Assembly: GCA_043228905.1 (NCBI GenBank)
Contig: JBHGNT010000020.1
Span: 5,146,001-5,210,000 of the forward strand
Direction of reading: 5' to 3'
Source: Azolla caroliniana
Lineage: Eukaryota; Plantae; Polypodiophyta
DNA: 64,000 nt
The notes under the pieces: generated by a model
What the model saw: only the letters and a program-made list of their open reading frames with translations
Told to the model about the DNA's origin: nothing
The model's database searches: none
Translations under genes and position numbers: made by a program
Shown: positions 10,866-23,250 of the stretch, piece by piece
Position numbering within the stretch: position 1 is the stretch's first letter
Layout of the letters: each line of letters opens with the position of its first letter

Positions 10866-13800
10866 ATGTCTAGATCAACGCACGACCTGGTTACAGATCG
10901 AACTCGATGCCTTGCCGAAAGGCAAAGGAGACGCGAGGCTTTCCAGCAAGCGGCACAGGAAATTAGAGCGGATCGCTCGTTTTCCAACGTAATCCGGAGA
11001 GTAGCGGAGGACTCCCTTTGATTACAGCAAACATCGCACCCGGACGACGGCAACAGCCTAAGTAGCCTCCGGGAAACCGAATCCCTTCTCCACGCGTTGG
11101 CAAACGGAGAAGGCGAAGCAGAAGCCTTTTCAGCATATGAATCGGACTCCGAAGGGGAATACAACGTGCACACGAACTACCGTAGCAGCAACGAAACCCC
11201 GGGCGGACCGGAGGACGAAGGATCGGATACCTTACCGACACCGGAACCGGAAGTGCTAATGCTGGAACCCCCGGAACCAGCAGAGGAAGAGCAACCTCCG
11301 ACACCGGAAGTCGAAGAGGAGAGGCCTCCGTCACCAAAGGAAGAGGAAAAACCACCGACGCCGGAAACAAATCGGGAAAGACCACCGATACCGGAGAAGA
11401 TTCCAGAACGAGCACCAACACTACCAGCCCGCGCACCAATACCGGACGACGACATGCCGTTCCAGTACTCCAAGTATAGAGATGATCCAGACGCGGAAGC
11501 TCATGTGCACGCCTTTGAATAGACATGGGAAGCCAACCATGTGTCCCAGCGATTGACCCCGGAGGAAGAAGAACGCTCTAAGATAGCGGAATTTGGCGTC
11601 ACATTGGAGGGACCGGCAGCAAGATGGCGCCGGACGCAGGACCCGTCTACCATCAACACCTTTGCAGATTTAAAAGCTAAATTCTTGCATTTTTTTCAAA
11701 AGGAGGTGGACCAGACCGTAATGGTAGGCTTATTTTATACCATCCGGCAAGAGGCAGGGGAGAGCATTCCCCAATTTGTCATCCGGTTTCAACGGATGCA
11801 TAGTCAGCTTGCCCGCGCACCCCCGGAGGAGGAATTACGGACTATATTCCTAAATGCACTCCGGGAACCCCTACACACGGTTTGCACGGTAATCGACTTC
11901 CGCACAAGTACCATCGACCAGGTCAGTGACCGGGTGAGAGAGATGGAAAAGACAAGCTCCTGGCTCACACTGGGAGCACTTCAACGGGCGTTACCGTCCG
12001 ATGAAGACCTCCGGTTTCGGCAAGCAATACAGTGCAAAACCTGCTTGAATTCCGGACACTCAGCTCTAGAATGCAGTATGAGGACGCAATGTGTAATCTG
12101 TCAATCCAAGAGCCATACGACGGATAGGTGCGAGTATAATCTGTTGAACCGGCAAGCACCGCCCGTTCGACAAATTGAGCCACGCAGCAGTTGGGATGAA
12201 GAAGATGAACACTGGCGGCGAATGGACCGTGACCGACTGGCACAGGATGTCTGGTATGGCGATCGACGGGAAAATGATGTCCGGTACGGTGATCGGCGGG
12301 ATAACTATGACCGGCATGATCGGTACCAGGATTACAATAGACGATACGAACATTACGACCGGGAGCACTCCCCCGGGTATCGTCAGCAACGGGAGGAATA
12401 CGGCAGATATAACGGGCAACCCCGTCAAGAGTACCGTAATAAGAAGAGCTATAACAAAAAACGATATTTTAAAAAAGGCGGCTACCCCCGGGATCCGGAA
12501 CAAGGAGCTCCAAGCAGCCAACCCGTACAAAACCCCGCCCGTACCGCAGGACCTGCCCCGGGTACAACAGACAATGTCGAATCTAGCAATACCCGGAAGG
12601 CCTACTACTACTACTGCCGACAGGAAGGGCATTATAGTAACCAATGCCCGATGAAGAGCTATGAAAAACGACCGGCGGTAAATATGGTAGTCCCTGAGGT
12701 GGCAGATCTACAGTAGGTGACCACAAGGTCGAAGGGCATGGCCAAAGAATGGGAGACACAGGAGACCATCCGGAAACAAGCAACGAAATGGGTAAAGAAA
12801 GCAAACGAGCAGAATGTCACAGACTTACAGCGGCAAAAGGAGAACACCGCAGGGCTTGCCGGCGGTAGTCACTCCGAGAACGAGACATGGCAGGCGTTGC
12901 AAGAATGCCAGATTATGTTACCACTAGGAAGACTCCTACAACTCGTGCCAAGATTTACAAAAGGACTGAAGACGGCCATGACGGCAGGAGAACCATCACC
13001 GGCACCGATACTCTTCTCGAATCCGGAGGAGGGACCAACGGTGGTGGACACCAACAGTCCGGTAATCACTGCCATTGTAAAAGGGAAAGAACTCCCCGGC
13101 ACAGTTATAGACGGAGGCTCTGGGGTAAATGTAATAAGCCTTCGGACGTGTGATGACCTAGGAATCCACGAGTGGGAGCCGTGTCCGTTCTGGTTGTGGA
13201 TGGCCGATACAAGCTCAATGCGGCCGACAGGATTAATACGGAAATTAGAAGTCACCGTCGGCGGTCATACATTTCACATCTCGGCCGTAGTGCTACAATT
13301 ACAGGCACAAGGCGCATACCCGCTGTTGCTGGGGCGGCCATGGTTGAAAACGGCACATATCAAACAGAATTGGCGAAAAAATATAATTACCTTCCGGCGA
13401 GGAAAAGCCAAGGTACGGGTACCAACACAGCCAAGGACGAGCACTGGCAAGGAATGTACACCGTTGTATGCGGAATGCGTCAACATGCTAGAAGGGTTAG
13501 CGGACGAAGAAGAAGCTCAGTACCTGCAGGAAAACCCGAAGATCATACCCCTCTTCGAAATTGACATTGCCGATGCAGTAGCACCATACTTACCGCAACC
13601 GGAAGAGGCTAAAGCAGAACCGGATAAAGATGCAATCCGGGAGTTACGGCAAGCGTAGGAAGCGTTGGAACGGGAAATGGCCGTTTCACAGCGCGTGAAA
13701 GCGTCGCAACTGGAAGAGGTGCACTTGAGCAAGGACGCAAAACCAGTGGCACAAAGACGGTACCGGATGAATCCCAATTATGCCGCCAAAGTCAAGGAGG

Positions 13801-16443
13801 AAATCAACAAACTGCTAAGAGTTGGCTTTATCCGTCTGGTAAAGAAAGCGACATGGCTGAGCCCGATCGTAGTCGTACCGAAGAAGAACGGAAAAATTCG
13901 AGTTTGCGTGGACTACCGGAAACTCAATGCGGCTACGGTAACGGATGCGTTTCCACTTCCGTTCACAGATGGGGTGTTGGATGCCGTCGCCGGCCATGAG
14001 GTCTATAGCTTCCAAGATGGATTCAGCGGGTATAATCAGATCCGGATGCACCCCGATGACCAAGAGAAAATGGCATTCGTCACCGAATGGGGGGTGTTTG
14101 TGGCCGTGGTGATGATGTTCGGACTCAAAACGGCACCGGCAACATTTCAACGAATCATCATGGAAATCTTTGGTGAATATATACCGGCTTTCATGCAGGT
14201 TTTCCTTGACGATTTCGCCGTCTATAGCCGGGAGGAGGACCATTTTCAGCACCTCCGTCTTTGTCTAGAAAAGTGTAGAGCGTACCCGCTAAGCTTGAAT
14301 CCGGCAAAGTGTGTATTTGGCGTGTCCAGTGGAACTTTATTAGGACATATTGTGAGCCAGGAAGGTATTGCAGTTGACCCGGACAAAGTGAAAGCCATAT
14401 TAGAAGCACCGGCGCCGGTAACGGCAAAGGCATTAAGCCGGTTCTTAGGCCAGATCCGGTGGTACAACCGGATGCTCCAATACTTGGCCGACCTGGCTAC
14501 ACCGTTGCATGCCGCCGTACATCGGACACCATTACAGTGGACCGACACCGAGGATAGAGCGTATAGGGCCCTCAAGGTAGTATTGTCGCAGGCACCGGTA
14601 GTACAACCTCCGGATTGGAGTAAAGAATTTCACGTGTTCGTAGACGCCTCCGACATCGCAATTGGAAGCGTACTTATGCAGCTTACGGAGCCAAAATGGT
14701 ACCGGCCAGTGTACTATGCCAACCGGAAGCTATCCCAAGCAGAACGAAACTACTCTACCACGGAACGGGAAGCCCTAGGGATGATCTACAGCGTGACAAA
14801 GTTTCAGCATTATTTATTGGGAAGGAAGTTTTCCTTCCATGTAGATCATTCGACACTCCTTTACCTGGTGTCCAAAGCGTCACTCACCGGCAAATTGGCC
14901 CGGTGAACCTTACTGTTACAGGAGTTCGAGTTTGAACTATTCCACCGACCCGGTATACAACATGCCGTCTGCGGATTACTTAAGCCGATTAGAGTCCGGA
15001 GAGACGGGTGACGGAGTAGCGGATGAGTTTCCGGATGCAAAGCTTTTTCAAGTCACTACGGAGACGGCAGCAAATGAGACGGTGGCACAGGAAGACAAAT
15101 GGCTCACAAATATGCACCAGTTTCTGAGCACAGGACTGCCTCCGGAAGAGATGAACCGGGACGAACGGAAACACCTGGCGGTGCAAAGCCGACATTTCTG
15201 CTTACTGCAGGACACACTGTACCACAAGGGCGCAGACGGCATATGGAGACGAGCGGTGTGCAGCGATGAAAAGGAACTGATACTGAGAGAAGCCCACTGC
15301 GGAGTTGCCGACGGTCACTATGCCGGAGATGCGACGGCCAGAAAAATATGGCAAAGTGGCCTATGGTGGCCAACGACATTAAGAGATGCGGTACGATACG
15401 CAAAAGAATGCGACCTATGCCAGAGAATGGGCCAGCCAACGGAGCAGGCTCGTATGCCACACCAGCCGGTACTACCACTCGAGCCATTCCAGAAGTGGGG
15501 GCTGGACTTTGTAGGACCGTTCAAGCCACCGGCAATGAGAACGGGTAATCGGTACGTTATCATTGCTACGGATTACTGCACGAAATGGGTGGAGGCCAAA
15601 GCTTTACGGGATAACACCGCTGCGTCAACGGCGAAGTTTGTATATGAGTACATCTGGTGCCGTTACGGATGCCCAATTGAATTAATAAGTGACCAAGGGG
15701 GGCACTTTCTCGGCCAAGTAGTGGAAAGCCTGACGACATTCTATGTCGTTGTCCACAAACGGAGCACACCTTACTATCCACAGGCGAACGGTTTAGCGGA
15801 ATCAACAAATAAGACGCTCCAGAATATCCTCCAGAAGATCGTCAACGAAAACCGGACGGCATACAAAACGAGCATCCGAACAACACTGTTCCGGTTAGCG
15901 TTCGGACTAGAGGCGGTCATGCCAGTAGAATTCCAAGTACCCAGCTTACGGATCTAGCTACGGGAATGGCTGAACGAGAAGGAGTCGGAGGCAATAAGGT
16001 TGACAACGCTGTGTGAGCTCGAGGAACAACGACTGGCCAGCATCCTACATTTAGAATTGGAGCAACGGTGACGGAAAGCATTTGTCGACCGGCACAGGAA
16101 AGGTAACGAAAAAATGTTCGCAATTGGCAAACCGGTGTTAGTATTCCAAACCCAGATGGGCAAGATGCCGAGTAAACTACAGTTTAGATGGACCGGACCG
16201 TATTGGCTAACACGGGAGTATAATGGGTCCTACTAGTTAGGGACACTTGCCGGCGAAGTGCTAGGCAAATGGGTCAACGGATTCCGGTTGAAGGCATATA
16301 GAGGACCGATGCCTAAGAACCCATTTGAGCAAAGGACCGACACCAGTGAGGGAAACGGCAACCACCAAGACGGCAGAGAAGGCGAGCCGGTAACTGGGGA
16401 GAATGAGGCCGGTAAGGGTCCGAGAGGACCAACGGACATGTGA
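10866..16443 (+). pseudogene. gag-pol: Gypsy-A gag-pol, disrupted by stops, one frameshift and internal deletions
   Basis: CCHC knuckles; VIDGGSGVN protease; WLSPIVVVPKKNGKIRVCVDYRKLN, VFLDDF RT; FVDASDIAIG, YSTTEREAL RNase H; GHYAG..CDLC, WGLDFVGP, SDQGGHF, PQANGLAE integrase; RWTGPY. Confidence 0.95.
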
Positions 16444-16814
16444 CGTCACATTAATAATAATAATAACTAAAAAAAAAAAAAAACAATCATGCAAAAGCGA
16501 GGAATGAATGGGTGAAAGAGCGAGGAGCGAAAAGGTACGTAGTGGGCATTTAAAGCGCCACCACAGGACATAATGCTATTTTAGTACACGACATGCACAC
16601 ACTCGAAAAAGGCGCCAGAATGCACAAACAAAAACCATTGCGCGTAGAGACCCTCTACTTTCGCGAACCCAGGAGCATAGAAGCACCAAGACGCTGTAAG
16701 ATTATCAGACGAGAACCTGCGCACAGAGAACCCCCGCCTTCTGAACTCTCTCTTTCTCAACCTCACTCTCATCACCATCCAACCTCGCCACCGCCATCCG
16801 ACCTCGACACAGAC

Positions 16815-19597
16815 ATGGACCCGCAAACGCTGTCGGAAGCCGCCAAGACATGGCTAAAGCAACACGGGCTCGAGGGCTTCTTGATGATGATGGAAGTACC
16901 GCCATACAAAGAAGCCGACAAAGTGATCAAGGAAATCGATACAGAGGTCATAATGGCAGAGGCGATTTGAGCGTTAACAGGCCTTCCGGAGGGAGGCATA
17001 CTCACGATCGACAATCCAACCTCGGAGCAACTCATCAGGTATTTTGGTGAGTACTCTCTAGCCAGCAAGGGCTACCGGACACAGGGCGGCAGAGATATGC
17101 TGTTCCGCGAAATTGCTCGTGTGCTCCATGAATACGGCCACGTGTACCCTAGACCCCCTGTCATGCCGCAGAACCGGGCAGGGATGATCATCGCCACCTA
17201 TGAAGGGATCAAGGTGGATTGGCCGGTATTAATCGCAGACGGGTTGTGTGCGGCGATCGAGATCGTCAGAGGCAAAGACGGCAAAGAAGGCCGAGACGGA
17301 CGGAGGATATGGCACGCCGTAACGTAGTGGCTCACCTTGCTTGTGCCACCCGTCCAGCCTGTTCAGCCCAAGAAGCGAGGAAGAGTGGTGGACGGCACCC
17401 CAAGGACGGCTTCCAAACGGCAACAGTTGTTGGCCTCTAAGGCCACTAAGGGAAAGGCGGCGGATGCAGAACAGGTGGCAGCAGGAAGCGGCAGCCAGAA
17501 GCGCCCAACGGAGACGCAGGAGGAACCACCTGCACGGCCCGTAAAGGTCACACTCCGCCGACCGGTGAATAGAGAAGCGGACCCCTTGGCGGCAAAACTC
17601 AATGCCGGAGCTCAGGAGGAGAAAATAGAGGAGGAGCCCACGGAGCACCTCCAGCGACGGTCGTCGGCAAGGACCGTTGAGATAGCTGGGAAACGTTCGG
17701 ACCCTCAGACGGAGGGAACACCGGCTCCCCTTAGTGAGACTCCCACGCCAAGGAAGGAACCGGAACCGGTGCATATGGCACCGGAAACAGAAGCCCTGGC
17801 ACCACCGGCAACACCGGCAAGTCCCACCCCGCCAGAGCCGGAAAGGTCAATGCAGCCTCCCTCGGTCAACTAAGAAGAAGCGCAAGGGGAATCAGGACAG
17901 CAGGGTGGTCCACGGGCAGAAACGGAACTGCAACTCGGCGCAACCAGGCGGGACCACCCATCTACAAGTGAGCCCATCTGTCAAACCTCCGTGCAAGCAC
18001 AACAAGGCACCGATAGCCTGTGGCTCCGGTGGATAGGCGAACAGATAGCCGGAGCAGTGGGGTATATTGAGGCGGAAGAAAGAGCGCAAAGCGAACGGTT
18101 GCTCATCACAACCGAACAACTAGAGACGGCCCGGTCTAGAATCCGGTGCCTTGAAAAAGACTTGGATCAGGTCACGACAGAGATGGCCAAAATGGCCTTA
18201 ACAGCAACACGGATCCAATCACCGGTGACTCCGGTAAGTGTACAGAATAAAGAAACGGAACGACCTGTACATAGCAATAAGACCCCGGCAACGGAAACCG
18301 TTCCGGCGAGAGATGCGGCGCAAGCCCAGGAGCTTGCGGAATTGAGAGATGAACTTGCCGCACAAGAAGCGCTAAGGAGCCGTGAACGAGAATTGAAGAC
18401 GGCGGCCGAAGCCGAATTAAAGAAGACTGTTGAGAACCTCCGCCGGGCAGAGGAGAGCCTCCGGAAAGGCCATCAAGCGTACGATCGGCTAAAGGAGGAG
18501 AAAGACAAAGTGCTGCAGGAAAAGGACAAGTTGCGGAAAACGGCGGAAACAGAGATTGAACGGCTAAAGGAAGAGCTCCGCCAGCAGAAGGACCGCGAGG
18601 ACCGGGCTCGTCGTCAGATCAACGCACGGCTCAAGCAAAAGACGGATGATTTTGAGCACCTGCACCGGGACTACAAACGGCTGGAAACGGAGCATAAAGA
18701 ACGGATGGCCGAGCTCCAGCAGGCAGTTGATCGGGCCGCGACGGCGATCGCTGACGAACGGGCGGAAAATACAAGATGCTTGGACGAGGCGGAGAAGGTC
18801 CGGATGGAGCTCCAGAGGCAGCAGCAGGAAGACAAAGAGAGAGCGTCAACAGTATTGCAGAAATTACAAAGCACATATCAAAGGCAATTGACGCATTACA
18901 AGGCGCAGGCGGAGGACAATGTCAAAATCATCAAACAACTGAAGGAGGAACGACAAGCGGCGGAAACCAAATCGCAATTGGGAACAAGCCGGGTTCAGTC
19001 CATCCTCCGGGCATGGCTGAATCAGACAAAACACTTGATTGATGAAAGCTCCATAAAATGGTGGACAAAGTGGGCACAAAACACGGCGGAACTCCAGTTG
19101 CTACGGGCAGATGTGGCAAACCGCGGAAGGAAGGAGATGATTGTTATACGTTGACTTCCGAGGACTTCACCGCCATACGGGACGAGCTGGCCGACGACTT
19201 CCAAGTCCTGGCAGATGAACAGCTAGCGCAGGTCAGGCAGCTCGTAGGTCAGCTAGACGATGATAGGTTGGACGCTCAAATCCAGTTTGAAAGCTACGAG
19301 CAGTCTCGGGTTCGGGAAGAAAAAGCACAAGAAGCGGCAACGGTTAACCTTAGTGATGAGGAACCGTCGTCGGCTGAGGACCAGTCGGGAATCAGTCAAC
19401 CAGAGACCACTACGACGCAGGGAGCAACGATGGAGACGCCGGTGTCAGAGCCACAAACGGAGGAGCAACCGCAGCAACCACCAACGGACCCGCCGCAGCA
19501 AACATCAACAGAGCAGCAACAACAACAACAACCACTTCCAGATGAACCATTGGAGCCTCTCGAACAAAGCATTCTGGATATTTTGGACGAAGAATAG
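16815..19597 (+). pseudogene. Extra sense ORF (about 930 codons) between pol and the 3' LTR: globular N-domain, Pro/Glu linker, long coiled coil, acidic/Gln tail
   Basis: ORF pieces 16593, 17097, 17337 and 17991 share one frame, separated by TGA/TAG/TAA codons that could each be a single C>T change; one frameshift near 19130 leads into the 19058..19597 frame. Confidence 0.8.
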
Positions 19598-19651
19598 CAA
19601 GGGTCGGTTGTGAATTCGACGTACAAGATATTGTCCCACGGGCGTGCCATG

Positions 19652-20087
19652 TGTTACCGGCCGGCAAAGGAGTCCAGAGTGGGAAACAGAGAGTTAATTA
19701 AGTAGTAGGAATGTGGTTGTAATTAAGCTATGAGTGTGGACGGACGGACCGGAAACGGTATGCCGTTCCAGATCCGAACCGATCCCGAACAGGTGCGGAT
19801 AGCACCATTTTGTAATATAGACCGGAAACCTATTTAAACGCCCGGATACAATGTAATAGTTAGCGGTTAATTAATGAAAGCTTAAGCGTTGTTATCTCTC
19901 TGTGTTAATTGCCGTTCTGTCTTAATTGTTATATCTTACGCGTGTGTTATGAAAGACGATCCTAATAAGTAACTTAATTAAGTCGGATTAAGCGTTGAAG
20001 TCTAATCCGGTTGCCGTAACACCCTTTGGTGAAGTGTCTCCCGTAGACACCCTGTGTTAGGCCATTGTCTGGCCCGAAGAGTTAACA
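19652..20087 (+). repeat. Gypsy-A 3' LTR3 (436 bp)
   Basis: Matches LTR1; followed by the TSD. Confidence 0.96.
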
Positions 20088-20270
20088 CTCGGTTGGCCAC
20101 GATCTTACACACACACCCATATCGGCAAATTACAGCATCGATCAAGAACCGCCATACGGCTGGGGTCGTCTTGTTCGTCAGCATTCAACCTTCCACCTAG
20201 TTCGTCTCCGTGTGCTCTGCGCCCCATTCGAACTTCCGACCCTTCTTCAACAGCCCATAGTGGTGGGAAC

Positions 20271-20852
20271 TGTTGGGAATATGTGCCTCCAGTGGGAGGA
20301 AGAGCCAACTGTCCAAGGGTCGAAAATAGTGATTCGACTGTTATTATTATTATGGTAATAATAATGATGATGTTAGGAAACAGATCACTCCAGATGGGGA
20401 GAGAGAGGAGCCAAGTTGATGAGGGACTATAGCCAACTCGGGAGACTATACTTGTAAATAGTCTCAATGTGCGCCCCATGAGGGCTAGGTATGTAAATAG
20501 CCAGAAAGTTGTGTAAGTATATATGCAACCAGGGCAAACTTTAAGATATAGAATAGATAGAGAACAGAAGTCAATGAAGTATTGTGCGTGTGTGTAGTGT
20601 GAGAGAGAGGGGTGTGAGCCGCGCCATAGCTGTGTGAGTAACAGCAGACGCGAAGAGCCTTCTGTGGTTGATCCACTCATAAGTTTGGAGTCTGTGGACT
20701 CCCGTGGTTTTTCCCTCTCACGGTTTTCCACGTTAAACATCCTGTGTACTCTTCTCTCCTTCGTGTCGTGCATTCATTCCCCGTTTTTCTGTGTATGATT
20801 CTAAGCTCTGTTGTGGCCGAGCGTTGCGCATAGGGAGCGTTAGTTCCTGACA
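20271..20852 (+). mobile_element. LTR related to Copia-A, without TSD (recombinant solo LTR)
   Basis: TGTTGGG..CCTGACA; U5 GTTGTGGCCGAGCGTTGCGCATA shared with Copia-A; flanks GGAAC/CGACG differ and belong to different elements. Confidence 0.8.
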
Positions 20853-21373
20853 CGACGTTGTATTGTGACAAGCTCATCAACATCCAACTTGCGAAGAACC
20901 TCGTCTTCCACGCCCGGACTAAGCACATTGAGGTGCACTACCACTTTGTCCGTGAGCGTGTCCTCTCTGGTGAAGTCAAACTTCAGTATGTTTCGACAGA
21001 TCGGCAGACCGCCGACATTTTCACCAAACCCCTTGGTCTAGACAATTTGCGGCAATTCTCGGATGCGCTTGGGTTGCGGGACCTTGACGTGCCGAACTTG
21101 AAGGGGAGGAAAGTTCCGCAAGACCATGGAAAGGAGCAGGAAAGGAGTGAAAGTGACCGTGACATCAAATCGAATGACGAATTCGATTTGATGTCGGATG
21201 AAGAAGCCGAAGGCGGATCCATGGAAGAGTCAGGAAGCGGACGAGAGGGAAACATCCGAAAGAAAGAGCCAAAGCCGGCCAAACATGGGGGAGATGAAGC
21301 CAACAAGGGCGAGAAGGCCAAAATTGAGCACGAATTGGAGACAGCCAATTCGGACAAAAGCAAAGACGAATCG
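20853..21373 (+). pseudogene. Copia-B RNase H C-terminus and charged tail fragment
   Basis: YCDKLINIQLAKNLVFHARTKHIEVHYHFVRERV..ADIFTKPLG. Confidence 0.9.
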
Positions 21374-23250
21374 TGTTATCGCTAGGGCCGGACAATGGCC
21401 TAACACAAGGTGTCCCCTTGAGACACTTCACCAAAGGGGTGTTGAGGTGAGACAAACTTAGACCGAACTATTAATGAAACCCTACTTGGTTACTAATCGG
21501 CAAGATCATTAGTTACAACACCTTTTGGCAAACACTAAGGCAACCCCCTTTTGAAGACGAAGTCGAAGACTAATACGTGGCACAGACATGGCAACGACAA
21601 AGTGTGCGAGAAAAGGTGATGGTGATAGGAAGCCATCAACGAATGTAACACGTTGATGTTGGGCGAGAGGAAGTCGCAAAATGATGCTCAATGGAAGTAT
21701 GTGCAAGAGAACCCGAAATGGAATCAACAAGAGTGCGAGAACGACAATGACGTGTGTGCGAGTGTGCGGTTAACGACATTGTGCATGTGCCAGAAAGCGT
21801 GGTGTGAGAGACAACCAAAAAGACAGAGACGAACAATGACCGGGCCAAATAGATGGCGACAAGGCGACACAGCCGAACCGCAGCTAGAACGGCGATGGAG
21901 ATGGACGGAACAAGCGGCTATAGTGCGGCAATCGGAGAGCAACCAGACCTATGGCTAGATGGAGCAGTGGCCAGAGCGGCACCCATCGGATCGATTTCTG
22001 GAATGCACAAAGACACATAACGGCCGGACAGAGACGAACAGACGGGTCGTAACAACGTAGTCAAAGCCCGAACTGGAAATGCCGAACGGAGATGGCGGAT
22101 AGAAATGCGACCTATTTAGGGCCGGGAAAAATGATCACAGACCAGAAAGTTACTACCGGACTAGACAAAGCTGTCCGGACAAAGATGCCAAACAACTACC
22201 GACACGAAAAGCGACGGAACTAGCGACGATGGACAGGGCTAGAAGGAGATAGAGATGCCGACACAGACGGACAAAGACTGAGGACACCCGGAATGGCCGA
22301 AGCGAGGTCGACGACCGGACGATGCAATGGAAAAGACGGCTGACGATGACTAGACAGCAGCCGCAACCGGAGTTGCCGGAATGGCTGAATGGAGCGGCGA
22401 CCGAACAATGGTGCCGACCGTACAATAACCAGACAGCAGCGGCCTTCCAGACAACAACAACGATCGGAGACGTTGACGGCCAGTAGATATTGCCAAACTG
22501 CGACACATAAAAAGGAGCAGCGGTAGAGACGCGGCCGGACAGCAATGAACGGTGCCTGGACAAGGCCAAGCATCGAAGATGGAGACAGGCCGGAATGGCC
22601 GGATAGTGGCCGGAATAGCCAGACAATCGTCAAAGTGACCGAACGGTGACGGCCAGACAACCAACAACTGGAGCGGTGGCTGAAAAGCTAATGACTAGAG
22701 ACCAGCCAGACAGGGCCGACAAAGATAGTGACGATGACAACCAACAGTCACAAGACATGGATGAACCGAGAGACGGATAGAAAATGGCGTCGTACAATGG
22801 AAGCAGTGGTGGCAACAGAAGGAAATGAAACAAAACAAGGAAGGAGGAGTAGGGATCGTGAAACAGGACACCAGAGATGGAGAAGCAGAAACTCACACAA
22901 ACAGGAAAGAGATGCACACATAGAAGAGGAAAAAGAAAGATGACCCAAAGCTACCACCAAAACAAAGGAAGAGAAAGAGACGTTGAAGAAGAAGAAGACA
23001 AAGACAGAAGAGGAAGAAAAGGAAGTTAGAATACGAGACAGAAAGAGGAGGAGATAGAAAGATACATACAAACGGACAAGGAGCAAGAACGAACAAGACT
23101 AAGAATGAAACAGGAAATAGAAAAAGAGAATAAAAGAGAATAAAAGAAAAAGTTAAGGGAAATTCAGAATTTTAAAAAAACATGAGGGTACATAATACAA
23201 TTTTCAAAACCTAAGGGCATTGTCATTCGTTTAGAAAATTTGGGTCTACA
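21374..23250 (-). mobile_element. Probable long Gypsy LTR; U5 end related to the Gypsy-A LTR
   Basis: 21374-21445 is the reverse complement of a Gypsy-A-like U5 (CCTTTGGTGAAGTGTCTC..GTGTTAGGCCATTGTCCGGCCC); - strand start TGTAGACCCA at 23250; no TSD, so the far boundary is tentative. Confidence 0.5.

Larger units (their letters stand above)
9917..20087 (+). mobile_element. Full-length non-chromoviral Ty3/Gypsy element (Gypsy-A, Athila/Phygy-like) with three LTRs, 5-bp TSD CTCGG
   Basis: CTCGG at 9912-9916 and 20088-20092; LTRs at 9917-10352, 10379-10812, 19652-20087; gag-PR-RT-RH-INT order plus an extra ORF; no chromodomain or second RNase H seen. Confidence 0.95.

Noticed and set aside
12714-12716. 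In-frame TAG between gag and protease as a programmed readthrough site
   Set aside because: Similar TAG stops occur at 11520, 13656 and 15955, consistent with CAG>TAG decay; cannot be supported from one copy
16815-19597. env gene
   Set aside because: No signal peptide or transmembrane stretch visible; reported as an unknown extra ORF instead
21560-23160. Many overlapping ORFs of 70-160 aa
   Set aside because: Low-complexity purine-skewed LTR-like sequence with no domain motifs; stop-poor shadow frames
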